Assembly (NCBI GenBank): GCA_963662545.2
Contig: CAXXLL010000002.1
Coordinates: 672,001 to 736,000, forward strand
DNA length: 64,000 nucleotides
Origin: Gammaproteobacteria bacterium
Lineage (GTDB): Bacteria > Pseudomonadota > Gammaproteobacteria > Ga0077536
Reading direction: 5' to 3'
Positions 11,012 to 21,769 of this stretch are shown piece by piece. Position 1 is the first letter of the stretch. Each line of letters starts with the position of its first letter. The position numbers were made by a program, and so were the translations under genes. Under the pieces are notes generated by a model that was not told the origin of the DNA, searched no databases, and saw nothing but the letters and a program-made list of their open reading frames with translations.

Positions 11012-12877
11012 ATGAGAAATCTGCACCTGTTACCCCTGTTTGGATCCCTGTTCGCGTCGCTCGCTGCGTACGCTGAACCCGCAGCCGAAAAGTCGAAGGG
11101 ACTGGACGGCGCCGCACTGTACGCCGAACACTGTATCGAATGCCACGGGCGCGCCGCAATTTCCCCATCGTTGACGGCATTATCGAACATGACCGCCGAG
11201 GAAATTCACAAGGAACTGTGGTTCGGCGTCATGGCACAGTTTGTCAATGGCATGGACGATGCGAAGCGATGGACGATAGCCAAGTGGATCGCCGACCATA
11301 AACCCGAAAAGGGCACGCGCGGTGCCGGCGTGACCATGTGCAAAGACAAGACGCCGCTGGTACCCGATGCGGAGCATGACTGGCCTGGACTGTCGAACGA
11401 CAACCGCTACAACCGGCATGTGACTAATGCGCAGCTCACCGCTGCGGGGTTAGCGAACCTCAAGGTCAAGTGGGCCGTAGCCTTCCCGCAGGTCCACGCG
11501 TACCAGGGTGGTGGGCACCCGGTCGCCGTCGTCGGTGACCGATTGTTCGTAGGTAATCTCAATCAATGGGTCTACTCGCTCGATGCGGACACCGGGTGTG
11601 CCCACTGGGCGTTTCGTGCGGAATGGCGGATCCGATCGAACATCGCGGTGTCCGACGGTATCGCCGTGTTTGGCGATCTGGGGGCCAACGTCTACGCTGT
11701 AGATGCGGAAACGGGCCAATTGCTGTGGCGCGACCGGGCGGATTGGACGCCGACCTCACGCATTACGGGCAACGTGACGGCGCACGACGGCATGGTTTAC
11801 GTGCCCGTGTCCTCCTTCCAAGAAGTGCTCAATATTGGCAAACATAGGGAATACCCGTGCTGTACGTTTCGCGGCAGCATCGTCGCCTATGACCTGCGTA
11901 CCGGTGAGCGCAAGTGGAAGTCCTACACCATCGACAAGGAATTCGGGTATCTGGGCACGACGAAAGCCGGCACGAATCGCTACGGTCCCTCGGGGGTCGT
12001 GGTGTTCTCGGCCGTCACGGTCGACGACAAGCGCGGCCTGCTTTACGTGCCAACCGGCAACCAGATGACTGAGCCGGTCGTGCGCGAATCCGACGCCATG
12101 TTGGCGTTGGACATGAAAACCGGCGCCAAGCGCTGGGTGACTTCACTGGCACCCGAGCAGATGGGCGGCCAGGACATCTACCACCTGGGCTGCGAAAAGT
12201 GGGTGGATCCCGAACAGAAAACCTGTTCGCCCTTAAACCCGACGGGACATGGTGACCGGGATATCGTGTCGCCCGCGGTGCTGGTGGAACGATCGGACGG
12301 TAAGGAGATCATCGTGACCGGATCCAAGGACGGCATGCTTTACGGCCTGGATCCGGATGACAGCGGCAAAGTCCTGTGGCAGATCCGCCTCGGCGCCGGC
12401 GGAGAGCTCGGCGGCATCCAATGGGGATTCTCGAGCGACGGCATAAATGCCTACGTACCCGTCATCGATATGGATGTGGACATGAAGGCGAACGGGTCCT
12501 TCACGGCGGTCGATCTCCTGACCGGTAAATCCATCTGGCGTATACAGGATATGACGCCTGATTGTGAAGGTAAGACGTCACCCCCGTGCAGCAACGCCTT
12601 CAGCTTGCCCAGTACCGTGGCGGGCGACGTCGTTTTCACGGGCACCGGCGACGGCGTACTGCGCGCTTACGATACCGCGACCGGCAAGCCGGTGTGGACG
12701 TTCGATACCGTGCGCGAATATGAAACGGTTAACGGCCGCAAAGGGTTCGGTGGGGGGCTCGGCTCGTTCGGGGGGCCCGTCATCGTGAAAAACCGGTTAT
12801 ACGTTTCATCCGGCATGGATCAGTTCAATATTGGGCTGCCCGGAAACGTACTGATCGCGTTCGAGATCCCCGAATAA
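11012..12877 (+). CDS. PQQ-dependent dehydrogenase with N-terminal cytochrome c (polyvinyl alcohol dehydrogenase-like)
   Basis: Signal peptide, CIECH, PQQ beta-propeller repeats, YPCCTFRGS, GGIQWG. Confidence 0.88.
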   Translation: MRNLHLLPLFGSLFASLAAYAEPAAEKSKGLDGAALYAEHCIECHGRAAISPSLTALSNMTAEEIHKELWFGVMAQFVNGMDDAKRWTIAKWIADHKPEKGTRGAGVTMCKDKTPLVPDAEHDWPGLSNDNRYNRHVTNAQLTAAGLANLKVKWAVAFPQVHAYQGGGHPVAVVGDRLFVGNLNQWVYSLDADTGCAHWAFRAEWRIRSNIAVSDGIAVFGDLGANVYAVDAETGQLLWRDRADWTPTSRITGNVTAHDGMVYVPVSSFQEVLNIGKHREYPCCTFRGSIVAYDLRTGERKWKSYTIDKEFGYLGTTKAGTNRYGPSGVVVFSAVTVDDKRGLLYVPTGNQMTEPVVRESDAMLALDMKTGAKRWVTSLAPEQMGGQDIYHLGCEKWVDPEQKTCSPLNPTGHGDRDIVSPAVLVERSDGKEIIVTGSKDGMLYGLDPDDSGKVLWQIRLGAGGELGGIQWGFSSDGINAYVPVIDMDVDMKANGSFTAVDLLTGKSIWRIQDMTPDCEGKTSPPCSNAFSLPSTVAGDVVFTGTGDGVLRAYDTATGKPVWTFDTVREYETVNGRKGFGGGLGSFGGPVIVKNRLYVSSGMDQFNIGLPGNVLIAFEIPE

Positions 12878-12884
12878 GGGTACC

Positions 12885-13016
12885 GTGACGGCGATTAGAT
12901 CGGAGGACGTTATTCAAAGCGTGGCGGACGCGTTGCAATACATCTCGTATTACCATCCGCCCGACTACATCGCCAACCTCGCGCGCGCCTACGAGCTCGA
13001 AGAGTCGCAGGCCGGC
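12885..13016 (+). pseudogene. Class I fumarate hydratase, 5' fragment cut at repeat R5
   Basis: Own translation: MTAIRSEDVIQSVADALQYISYYHPPDYIANLARAYELEESQAG. Confidence 0.85.
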
Positions 13017-13150
13017 GTGGCCGCTTAGGGTCGTCGGCGGCCTCCTCGCGGCACTGCAGCACTGTTTTAGATTGCGTCTGCTATTCCCTCCATAGCGGTC
13101 GTCCAATAGCGTTCAGCGGAACGTTTACAGAGCACTTCAGCTTACAGCCG
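13017..13150 (+). repeat. Three-box array repeat R5
   Basis: GGCCGCTTAGGGTCGTCGGCGGCC..GCACTGCAGCACTG..GTCTGCTATTCCCTCCATAGCGGTC. Confidence 0.92.
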
Positions 13151-13362
13151 AGGCTTTTCTTGCAACGCTCGACATTCCGATCTCGGCACCGAGCCTAGGC
13201 GGACCCGAAACGTTGGTGACGTGCCCTGCCATCACTTCGCACGCGGGACTGTCGATAGCAGCGCGCGAACGCCTAGGTGTCAGCAACGCTTTGATCCGCT
13301 GCTCGACGGGTTTGGAGGACGCTGATGAGCTGATTGCTGATTTCGCCCAAGCCCTCGGTTGA
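13147..13362 (+). pseudogene. Cys/Met PLP lyase (MetB/MetC type), 3' fragment starting in box 3 of R5
   Basis: Own translation: AEAFLATLDIPISAPSLGGPETLVTCPAITSH...LIRCSTGLEDADELIADFAQALG*. Confidence 0.85.
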
Positions 13363-13443
13363 TACCCGTGTATCATCCGGGTTCAAGGAACTTTCGGCCG
13401 CACGCCCATGTCCGGATGTATTGCGGCGATAGTGGAAAACTCC

Positions 13444-14943
13444 ATGAATCATTTTGATGTCGTCATCGTCGGCGCAGGCCTGTCGGGCATCGGCGCGGCT
13501 CGTCAATTGCAGGACAAATGTCCCGGCAAGACGTTCGCGATTCTGGAAGGGCGTGAAACGATCGGCGGCACCTGGGATCTGTTTCGTTACCCCGGTGTCC
13601 GTTCGGACAGTGATATGTATACGATGGGATACGACTCTAAGCCCTGGCTCAACCCCAAAGCGATTGCTGACGGACCGTCAATTTTGGACTACGTGAAGGA
13701 GGCCGCCACGGAGCGCGCCATCGTCGAGCACATCCACTTTGGTCATAAGGCCCGCGCGGCCAACTGGTCGAGCGAGCAATCCCGCTGGACCATCGAAGCC
13801 AAGCGCACGAATGGCGGCTTGGCTCAGTTCACCTGTAATTTTCTGTTTATGTGCAGTGGCTACTACAGCTACGATGAAGGTTACACCCCCGAGTTCGACG
13901 GCATAGACGATTTTAAGGGCCAGATCATCCATCCTCAGAAATGGCCGGACGACCTCGACTATGCCGGCAAGCGCGTGGTGATCATCGGCAGCGGCGCGAC
14001 CGCGATGACGCTGGTCCCGGCCATGGCCGAGACAGCCGGTCAGGTCACGATGCTGCAGCGTTCGCCGACTTACGTGGTGTCGCTCCCGGCCGAAGACGCA
14101 ATCGCCGAAACGCTCAAGAAGTATCTGCCGGAGAAGCTCGCGTATCGCATCATCCGCCGGAAGAACGTGCAGTTTCAGCGCTACATCTACCGCCAAACGC
14201 GAGTGAATCCCGAGAAGTTCAAGCAGAAACTCTTGAGTCTGGTGCGTAAGCACCTCGGGTCCGACTACGATATCAACAAGCACTTCACGCCTGATTACAA
14301 CCCCTGGGATCAGCGTCTTTGTCTCGTGCCGGATGCCGACTTGTTCAAGGCGATAAATTCCGGCAAAGCGGCGGTGGCGACCGATCAAATCGAACGCTTT
14401 ACGCCTACCGGAATTCAGCTCAAGTCCGGAGGCGAACTCGAAGCCGACATCATCGTTACCGCGACGGGTCTCAACCTCGTCGTACTGGGCGACGCGACCT
14501 TCAGTGTCGACGGCAAACCCATTGATTTCCCGCAGACCTACTCCTACAAAGGTTTGATGTTTTCGGATGTACCCAACCTCGTGTACACCCTAGGCTATAT
14601 CAATGCGTCCTGGACTTTACGCTCGGAATTGGTGGCGGAATATGTATGCCGGCTGGTGAATCGCATGACTGAGTTGAATGCCAGCCAGTGCACCCCGCGC
14701 TTGCGCGAAGAAGATGAAGGCATGGAGCGGCGATTGATGGTCGAGGATTTCACCCCGGGCTACATGCAGCGGACCATGCATCTATTTCCGAGGCAAGGTG
14801 ATCGCGACCCCTGGCGCTTCACGCAAAATTATGCGGCCGACAAGAAGAAAATCCGTCACGCGCCGCTGGAAGATGGGGTCTTGAACTTCAGTCGAAATCG
14901 TCCGCCTGAGTTTTCAGAGATCAAAGGGGCCGTTAACGAATGA
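13444..14943 (+). CDS. Flavin-containing monooxygenase (EthA/BVMO-like)
   Basis: GAGLSG, GGTWDLFRYPGVRSDSD, FKGQIIHPQKWP, GSGATA. Confidence 0.92.
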   Translation: MNHFDVVIVGAGLSGIGAARQLQDKCPGKTFAILEGRETIGGTWDLFRYPGVRSDSDMYTMGYDSKPWLNPKAIADGPSILDYVKEAATERAIVEHIHFGHKARAANWSSEQSRWTIEAKRTNGGLAQFTCNFLFMCSGYYSYDEGYTPEFDGIDDFKGQIIHPQKWPDDLDYAGKRVVIIGSGATAMTLVPAMAETAGQVTMLQRSPTYVVSLPAEDAIAETLKKYLPEKLAYRIIRRKNVQFQRYIYRQTRVNPEKFKQKLLSLVRKHLGSDYDINKHFTPDYNPWDQRLCLVPDADLFKAINSGKAAVATDQIERFTPTGIQLKSGGELEADIIVTATGLNLVVLGDATFSVDGKPIDFPQTYSYKGLMFSDVPNLVYTLGYINASWTLRSELVAEYVCRLVNRMTELNASQCTPRLREEDEGMERRLMVEDFTPGYMQRTMHLFPRQGDRDPWRFTQNYAADKKKIRHAPLEDGVLNFSRNRPPEFSEIKGAVNE

Positions 14944-15039
14944 TAGGTTTAATAATTCTCCGTTGTCACCTAACCCTCTAATTCACCTTGGCTTAGCCGA
15001 ATCTTCGCTTTCTCGCCATTTCTGCCGCACCGTTCCACC

Positions 15040-15120
15040 TACCCTTGAAGACCGCTCCGCATTTTTCGATAAACACAGTCATGCCTTTTTTCTGGTCCTC
15101 GGTAGAAAACGCCAGGGCCA
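15040..15120 (-). pseudogene. Enoyl-CoA hydratase C-terminal scrap
   Basis: Own translation: ALAFSTEDQKKGMTVFIEKCGAVFKGR. Confidence 0.6.
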
Positions 15121-15159
15121 CCGCTCCAGTCGGAGAAGGAAGCAAGGTAATCTACCGTC

Positions 15160-16992
15160 GATGTCCGCTGTGGGTCCAGAGTGTGTGAAAACTCTGCATC
15201 AGATAAGATCACTCTTTCGGTCCTGGGGAGTCGTTGATGAGCGGGTTCATTGAAGGCGCGGACCGCCGCCAAACAACGCTGTTTCCCGAGTGTCTGGACG
15301 ATTATGTCGCTGAGGAGAGTGCGGTGCGGGTCATCGATGTGTTCGTCGATGAGTTGGATCTGTCAGGTCTGAGTTTCAGAACCGATGCGCATGAGACGGG
15401 TCGACCGGGGTATCACCCGGCGACGATGCTGAAGCTCTATATCTACGGTTACCTGAACCGGGTTCAATCGAGCCGTCGCCTGGAACGGGAGGCGCAGCGG
15501 AACGTGGAACTGATGTGGCTGACGGGTCGTCTGGCGCCTGATTTCAAGACCATTGCCGATTTCCGCAAAGATAACGGTGACGCCATTCGTCTGGTATGCC
15601 GGGAGTTCGTGATGCTGTGCCGTAAGCTGCAGCTGTTTTCGGAAGCCTTCGTGGCGATAGATGGCAGCAAGTTCAAAGCGGTAAACAACCGTGACCGGAA
15701 CTTCACGAAGGCGAAGCTGAAACGTCGGTTGCAGCAGATTGACGAGAGCGTTGAGCGGTACCTGGCGGAAATTGCAAGTGCCGACCGCCAGGAGCGTGCG
15801 GTGTCAGGTGACAAGTCGCAGCGTTTGAAGGACAAGATCGAGGTACTGAAGGAAGAGATAGGCCGCCTAAAAAAGCTCGAGGTACGGCTCGAGGAGACGC
15901 CGGACCATCAGGTCTCACTGACGGACCCGGACGCGCGCTCGATGGCGACGAGCGGCCGTGGCAGCGGCATGGTGGGGTACAACGTGCAGACGGCGGTCGA
16001 CACGAAGAGTCATCTGATTGTGGCACATGAAGTGACGAACGTAGGTCATGACCGGGCGCAACTGTCGAACATGTCGGAGAAAGCCAAAGAGGCGCTGGAT
16101 AAGAAGGAGTTGACCGTCGTTGCGGATCGCGGGTACTTCAGTGGCGAAGAGATCTTGGCGTGCGCTAAAGCCGGCATCACGACCTATCTGCCGAAACCGC
16201 AGACCTCGGGTAACCAGGCGAAGGGCTTGTTTGGCAAGCGCGACTTCATTTACCAACCCGAAGAGGATGCGTATGAATGCCCGGCCGGTGAGCGACTGAT
16301 TTACCGGTTCACCCGAGTGGAGAAAGGCAAGCAGATCCGGCGCTACTGGAGTTCGGCGTGTCCCCGCTGCCCGATCAAATCTAAATGCACAACGGGTCGA
16401 TACCGGCGCGTCAGCCGTTGGGAACATGAAGCGGTTGTTGAAGCGGTGCAGGCGCGATTGGATCGTGAACCTGACCCTATGCGTGTCCGCCGAGAGACGG
16501 TCGAGCATCCATTTGGCACGATCAAATCCTGGATGGGTTCGACCCACTTCCAGATGCGCACGCTGAAACACGTTGGTACGGAAATGAGTCTGCACGTGCT
16601 CGCTTACAACATGAAACGCGTGATGAATCTACTGGGTGTCGCTACGCTCATCGAAGCGATGACGGCATGAGACCCTCTGTGGCCTCGAAAACTCCCTGAT
16701 CCACGGCTTCACTGCCGGCTTCTGGGGCCGTTCTAAGGAATGTTCCATTAACTAACCGATCGCATTGGACCGCGAGCGCGGCCGTCGTAACCGCGCCGCG
16801 TTGCGTCTGACGAGGAGTTCTCGACGTGATTCCTCTTCATTCCGAGTTTTCACACACTCTGGGTCGGTAGCTGCCTGATCACCGCGGCGCAACGCTGCTC
16901 TAGTTTACGTCTACAATGCGCTCGGAAGCGGTCATCGAGTTGCTTTAAGCGTTAAGTCGAGAGGGTACGACGGCTCTCGGCCAAGTGTGGGC
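15160..16992 (+). repeat. Three-box array repeat R6 (split by IS1182-B)
   Basis: GATGTCCGCTGTGGGTC[IS]GGTCGGTAGCTGCC..GTCTACAATGCGCTCGGAAGCGGTC..GACGGCTCTCGGCC. Confidence 0.9.
15177..16861 (+). mobile_element. IS1182-family element B, copy 1 (transposase 15237-16670)
   Basis: TIR CAGAGTGTGTGAAAACT, 1685 bp, GGTC duplication. Confidence 0.95.
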
Positions 16993-17133
16993 CCGAACAG
17001 CACGCACGCCTCGATCATTCATCGGCAAGTTGCTATACCGCAGCGCTGACTTGAAAGCGGCTATTTAATGGGGATAGCAAAAGCTGGCGGATATTGGTAA
17101 ACGTATCCGATAGCGCGACGGGGGAAAGAGGCC

Positions 17134-17763
17134 ATGTACATTCCCAAGGCACATCAAATTTCGGATAGAGCGATACTTGATGAGTTCATCACGATGAACG
17201 GTTTTGCGACGCTCATCAGCACCGTGGACGGCTCCCCCTTTGCGACCCATCTGCCGATGATCCTCGATCGGACTGAGTCGGCGCAGGGAGTTCTCCTGGG
17301 GCATGTCGCGCGCGCTAATCCTCACTGGCGCGCGTTCGACGGCCAGAGGGAGGCGCTCGCGATTTTCCACGGCCCTCATACCTACATTTCCCCTAGTTGG
17401 TGTGTGACCCCCCTCGCTCTACCCACCTGGAACTATGCGGTGGTGCACGTATACGGCGCTCCTCGTGTCGTCGATGAGGAAGAATGGCGCTCCAACCTGG
17501 TGGACAGACTGATTGCCATCCACGAAGCGGGCATGCCTGAACCGTGGCCAGGGGAGTTTCCCGCCGACTTCAAAGCCAATCTCTTGCAAGCGATCGTGGG
17601 GTTTGTCATAGAAATCGAGCGAGTGGAGGGCAAGTTTAAACTGGCTCAGAACCGCCCGCTTGAGGACCAGCTGGGGATTGTGCGTCACCTTGAAGCAAGC
17701 CGTGACCCTGTAGCCCAGGCATTGGGAGCACTCACGAAGAAACAGCTCAGCGCCACGGATTGA
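17134..17763 (+). CDS. FMN-binding negative transcriptional regulator (PaiB family)
   Basis: MYIPK, GHVARANPHW, YISPSW, PTWNY, GKFKLAQNR. Confidence 0.9.
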   Translation: MYIPKAHQISDRAILDEFITMNGFATLISTVDGSPFATHLPMILDRTESAQGVLLGHVARANPHWRAFDGQREALAIFHGPHTYISPSWCVTPLALPTWNYAVVHVYGAPRVVDEEEWRSNLVDRLIAIHEAGMPEPWPGEFPADFKANLLQAIVGFVIEIERVEGKFKLAQNRPLEDQLGIVRHLEASRDPVAQALGALTKKQLSATD

Positions 17764-17865
17764 TTGATCGAGCACGAAGAGCCTGAAATGAACCCAGAAG
17801 TTATTGCGAGGGTGGAGACTAGCCAAAAAAAAACGCCTTAGTACGAGGTTTTTATTTTTGCAACC

Positions 17866-19138
17866 AGGTCCGCTATGTGGTTTGGCCCCGGTATTTCGGA
17901 CCACCTAATTCGGCACGATAATGTGCTGGGAGGTGTGTCATGGGGAGAAGACAACGCTATAGCGCGGAGTTCAAAAGACAAGCACTTAGGCGAGCTGACG
18001 AGCCCGGGGTGACGGGTGCTCTGGTGTGCGAGGAGCTTGGGATCAGTACGCGACAGCTTCGGCGGTGGCAGGATTTGGTAAGTGAGCACGGGGAGAAGGC
18101 TGCGTTCCCAGGCCACGGCAAGAGCCGCGACGAGGAGATGACGCGACTCAAGCGCGAACTGAGCAAGGTCACAGAGGAGCGTGATTTTTTAAAAGAAGCG
18201 GCGAGGTACTTTGCCAGGGAGTCGAAGTGAGATACGGCTGTATCCACCGGCGGCGGCGCCAGCACTCGGTCAGGATGATGTGCGGGTTGTTGCGTGTCTC
18301 GCGTAGCGGTTACTACGACTGGTGCGGTCGTGGCGAGAGTGCGAGACAGCGCCGGGACCGGCGTCTGTTACCCCTGATCCGAGGCCTGCACCTGGAGAGT
18401 GGCGGTGTCTACGGCGCACGCAAGGTGCAACGCGAACTGGCCGAGCTCGGTGAGCCTTGCGGACGGCACAAAGTGGCCCGCTTGATACACGATGCCGGAC
18501 TCAAAGGTTGTCCGAAGCGCCGATTTCGCCGGCTTGCTGAGCGCCCGCCGAGCTACCCGGTTGCAGCGAACTTGCTCAACCAGGACTTCAAGGCCAGCCG
18601 GGTCAACGCGCGCTGGGCGTCGGATATTACCTACCTCTCGACACGCCAGGGATGGCTGTACCTGGCGGTAGTGATGGACCTCTATTCGCGACGCATTGTG
18701 GGCTGGTCGATGGACCGGCGGACCGGCCGACACCGGGTGGTGGACGCGATGAAGATGGCGCTGGGGCAACGTCAGCCGAGCGCCCCGTTGCTCCATCATT
18801 CCGACCGTGGACCGCAATACACCAGCGATGACTTCCGAGCGCTACTGGCGCGTTACGGGATCGAATGCAGTATGAGTGGTCGTGGTAGTTGTTACGACAA
18901 TGCACCGGTCGAAAGCTTTTTCGCGCTACTCAAGCGCGAGCGCATTCGCCGACGCACTTACGCTTCTCGAGAGGACGCCAAGGCTGATGTGTTCGACTAC
19001 ATCGAGCGTTTCTACAACCGATGTCGGCGTCATGGCTACCTGGACTATTCCAGTCCGGTAGACTTTGAAAGGCAGGCAGTGAAGACTTAATCAACTGGTC
19101 CGAAATTCTGGGGCCGAACCAGTCGGCCATAAGCGGCC
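17866..19138 (+). repeat. Array repeat R7, internally deleted around an IS3
   Basis: Box-1 left arm AGGTCCGCTATG, then IS3, then box-3 GTCGGCCATAAGCGGCC. Confidence 0.6.
17878..19121 (+). mobile_element. IS3-family element (orfA 17940-18230, orfB 18227-19090)
   Basis: TG..CA 26-bp imperfect TIRs; WASDITY, HSDRG, YDNAPVESFF; no target duplication. Confidence 0.95.
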
Positions 19139-19328
19139 ATCCGAGTCGCCTGGCTAACTCAATTTTGATGGCTGGAGCGAGCCATATTCCTGACGACCGC
19201 CCCAAAAAAATACTGCGCGCAGGTATTCGAGCCATGCCCGCTCCGACACCTTATATATATGTGCCCTTAATCGCTGTACTGGTGGGCTGTTCTACGCCCT
19301 ACCAGAAGAAGGGTTTTTCCGGCGGATA

Positions 19329-19534
19329 GCATATTGGCGCACAGTCCAAGGCCGCCCCACGTACTTGGTCGCGCGTGGCCCGCGCACAAAGGGCTCGAAT
19401 CCCGGCATCGAATCGACGTGTTCCAACTCGGCCAGGTCGGCCGCCGTATAAACGGGTTTAACGACGATTCCCTCCGCCGTCAGCCAGTCAAGCGCGTCTG
19501 GCGAGGCCGCCTTTGACTCCTTTAGCGCCCGCGC
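19329..19534 (-). pseudogene. Methylmalonyl-CoA mutase N-terminal fragment
   Basis: Own translation: LDWLTAEGIVVKPVYTAADL..MPGFEPFVRGPRATKYVGRPWTVRQY. Confidence 0.85.
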
Positions 19535-19835
19535 GCTTCAATCAGATAGGGCTTTTTCAGAACCTGTTGTCACTCGAGAACCTCCGGAATATACGGCGAT
19601 CCGGGCGCCTATACCCCGCCTGCGGTGCGGGCGTCTGGGAGCCGCGAATTATAGCCCGCGATCCGTCTAGACGCACGTAAGGTTCTGCATTACAGGACTT
19701 TTCCGGTGCCTACAGATCGTTTACGGAAGGCCCGCGGGACCTAACTCGTTATACTGGACGGGCCCGCGTCGGGCACGTCACCGCCCGGTGAGCCGCACGT
19801 AATAGCAATCAAAGACGAAATCCCCTAAACACATC

Positions 19836-21050
19836 ATGGATTTCTCACTTTCAGCCGATCAAATCGAGCTCCAGAGTCACTGCCGCGAACTCGCGCGCAC
19901 GTTTGCTGAGACGTCCGACCGGCATGATCGCGAAGCATCCGCGCCGGAAGAGAATTACCGTGCGCTACGTGAAGCCGGCCTGTTCGGGATGCTAACGCCC
20001 AAGAACTTGGGCGGGATGGGCGCCGGCCTGCTCGGACACACGATCGCGATGGAAGAACTCGCCCAGGGCTGCGCCGCGACAGCGATGAGCTTCAACATGC
20101 ATAACGTGGCCGCTTATACGCTAACGGTAACCGACGCATTCGGCGACGCCGTACGCGAACGCGCTGCACAACTGTTTGTCGTCGAACGCAAGTTAATGGC
20201 GAATCTCATTTCGGAGGCCGGCACGACCAATCTTTTGTACTCGACGCGCGCAAGTTCGACCCAGGCGCGACGGGTAGATGGCGGTTATCTGTTAAACGGC
20301 CGCAAGGCTTTCGCTTCTATGATCTCCTCGGCCGACATGGCGTTGATTTGCGTGCATCCGGAACATATCGAGAACCTCGAATCGGTGATCATGGTAATCG
20401 TCGATACCGACGCGCCCGGTCTCACGATCGAACCGGTGTGGGATACGCTGGGTATGCGAGCAACCCGCAGTGACAACGTTTTGCTCGAAGATTGCTTCGT
20501 ACCGGCGGAATTTGCCTTCGATCATGTCGTTGTTCCCAGCATCGGCGAATTCCTGGCGACTCATGAATCGATGATCAACCTGCCCTATACCGCCGTTTAC
20601 ATGGGCCTTGGGCTCGCAACGCTGGCCGCGATCAAAGCCGTTGTAAAGGGACGGCGACCCAAGGGTTACACCCAACCGCTGTCTTATCACCCCGATATCC
20701 GGCGGCGCATAGCCATCATCAACGCAGAACTCGAGAGCGCGCGTTGGCTGTTGCGCTACGCGGCCTGGCTCGCCGACAACGAAGGCCAAACGCCGGCCGC
20801 GCAGACGGCGTTGTTCCGCGCGAAATACGTCGTTGGCGAGGCCGTAGCCGCGGCAACGCGATCGGCACTCGAAATGGGCGGCGCGCATGGGTTGTTCAAA
20901 GGCTCGGCGATAGAACGTTTGTTTCGCGACGGCGCCACCGCCACAATGATGCAACCCAGCACCGACGTTTGTCTGGGCCAGATCAGCCTCGATGAATTAG
21001 ACCTCGAGCAAACGCAGGTCCAATCTCCGTTGGCCCGTTCCGACGACTGA
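19836..21050 (+). CDS. Acyl-CoA dehydrogenase family protein
   Basis: GYLLNGRKAFAS, WDTLGMRATRS, IERLFRD. Confidence 0.9.
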   Translation: MDFSLSADQIELQSHCRELARTFAETSDRHDREASAPEENYRALREAGLFGMLTPKNLGGMGAGLLGHTIAMEELAQGCAATAMSFNMHNVAAYTLTVTDAFGDAVRERAAQLFVVERKLMANLISEAGTTNLLYSTRASSTQARRVDGGYLLNGRKAFASMISSADMALICVHPEHIENLESVIMVIVDTDAPGLTIEPVWDTLGMRATRSDNVLLEDCFVPAEFAFDHVVVPSIGEFLATHESMINLPYTAVYMGLGLATLAAIKAVVKGRRPKGYTQPLSYHPDIRRRIAIINAELESARWLLRYAAWLADNEGQTPAAQTALFRAKYVVGEAVAAATRSALEMGGAHGLFKGSAIERLFRDGATATMMQPSTDVCLGQISLDELDLEQTQVQSPLARSDD

Positions 21051-21310
21051 CGCAGTATGCCGCGTCACCACTCGCGGTTCGGGTGATGATCGCAACCCTA
21101 TAATCGAGTTCTTACCCGGTTATCTCGCCGTACTAATTGGATCCCGCCTTTTCCAACTGCACGGATTCCTGAAGCGTTGTCGTGAATTCGAACGAGGGCG
21201 GGGTCTTCGATGCAGGCGATGACTGTAGAGCACCGCACCTGCGTATGGCTTTTGGATCTATTTTCACAGTCGGGTTGTGCTGGAAGTAAGCGTTCTAAAC
21301 CTGGAACTCC

Positions 21311-21455
21311 GAGGACCACTTTGGGTCGTCAGCGGCCGAATCGCGGCAGCGGATCACCGCCCTAGATTACGTCTGCAGTGCGCTCCATAGCAGTCGTCGA
21401 GTAACGTTCACCGACGCGTTAACCGATGACGACGGCAGTCGGCCAATAACCGATA
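21311..21455 (+). repeat. Three-box array repeat R8
   Basis: GACCACTTTGGGTCGTCAGCGGCC..CTAGATTACGTCTGCAGTGCGCTCCATAGCAGTC..GACGGCAGTCGGCC. Confidence 0.92.
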
Positions 21456-21769
21456 TATCCCGAATCTGCTACCAGTCAAGCGAATAATTAAATTCGCCCA
21501 ATATCCTGGCACTGAGTGACTAAAATGGTGGCGCTGAGAAAAAATATTACGTGCTAATGCCCGGCTTTAAAATCGGCGGTTGGGGCCCATAATTGTAGTT
21601 GGGTACAAAAAGAAGAGAGGAAATTTAGCAAGTGCCAGTGCCGCCATCAGGATTGAAGTTGGCTTTACTAATTGACCATATAATGGAACCGGATAAAAAC
21701 TGGTTTATCGCGCCAGAAGGTCATTTCTGGTATTGGGTGCCAGCTGACTCTGCACTCTTTCCCCTTTTC

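Noticed and set aside
21522-21540. AAATGGTGGCGCTGAG resembling a reversed tRNA 3' end
   Set aside because: Too short; no cloverleaf or T-arm follows.
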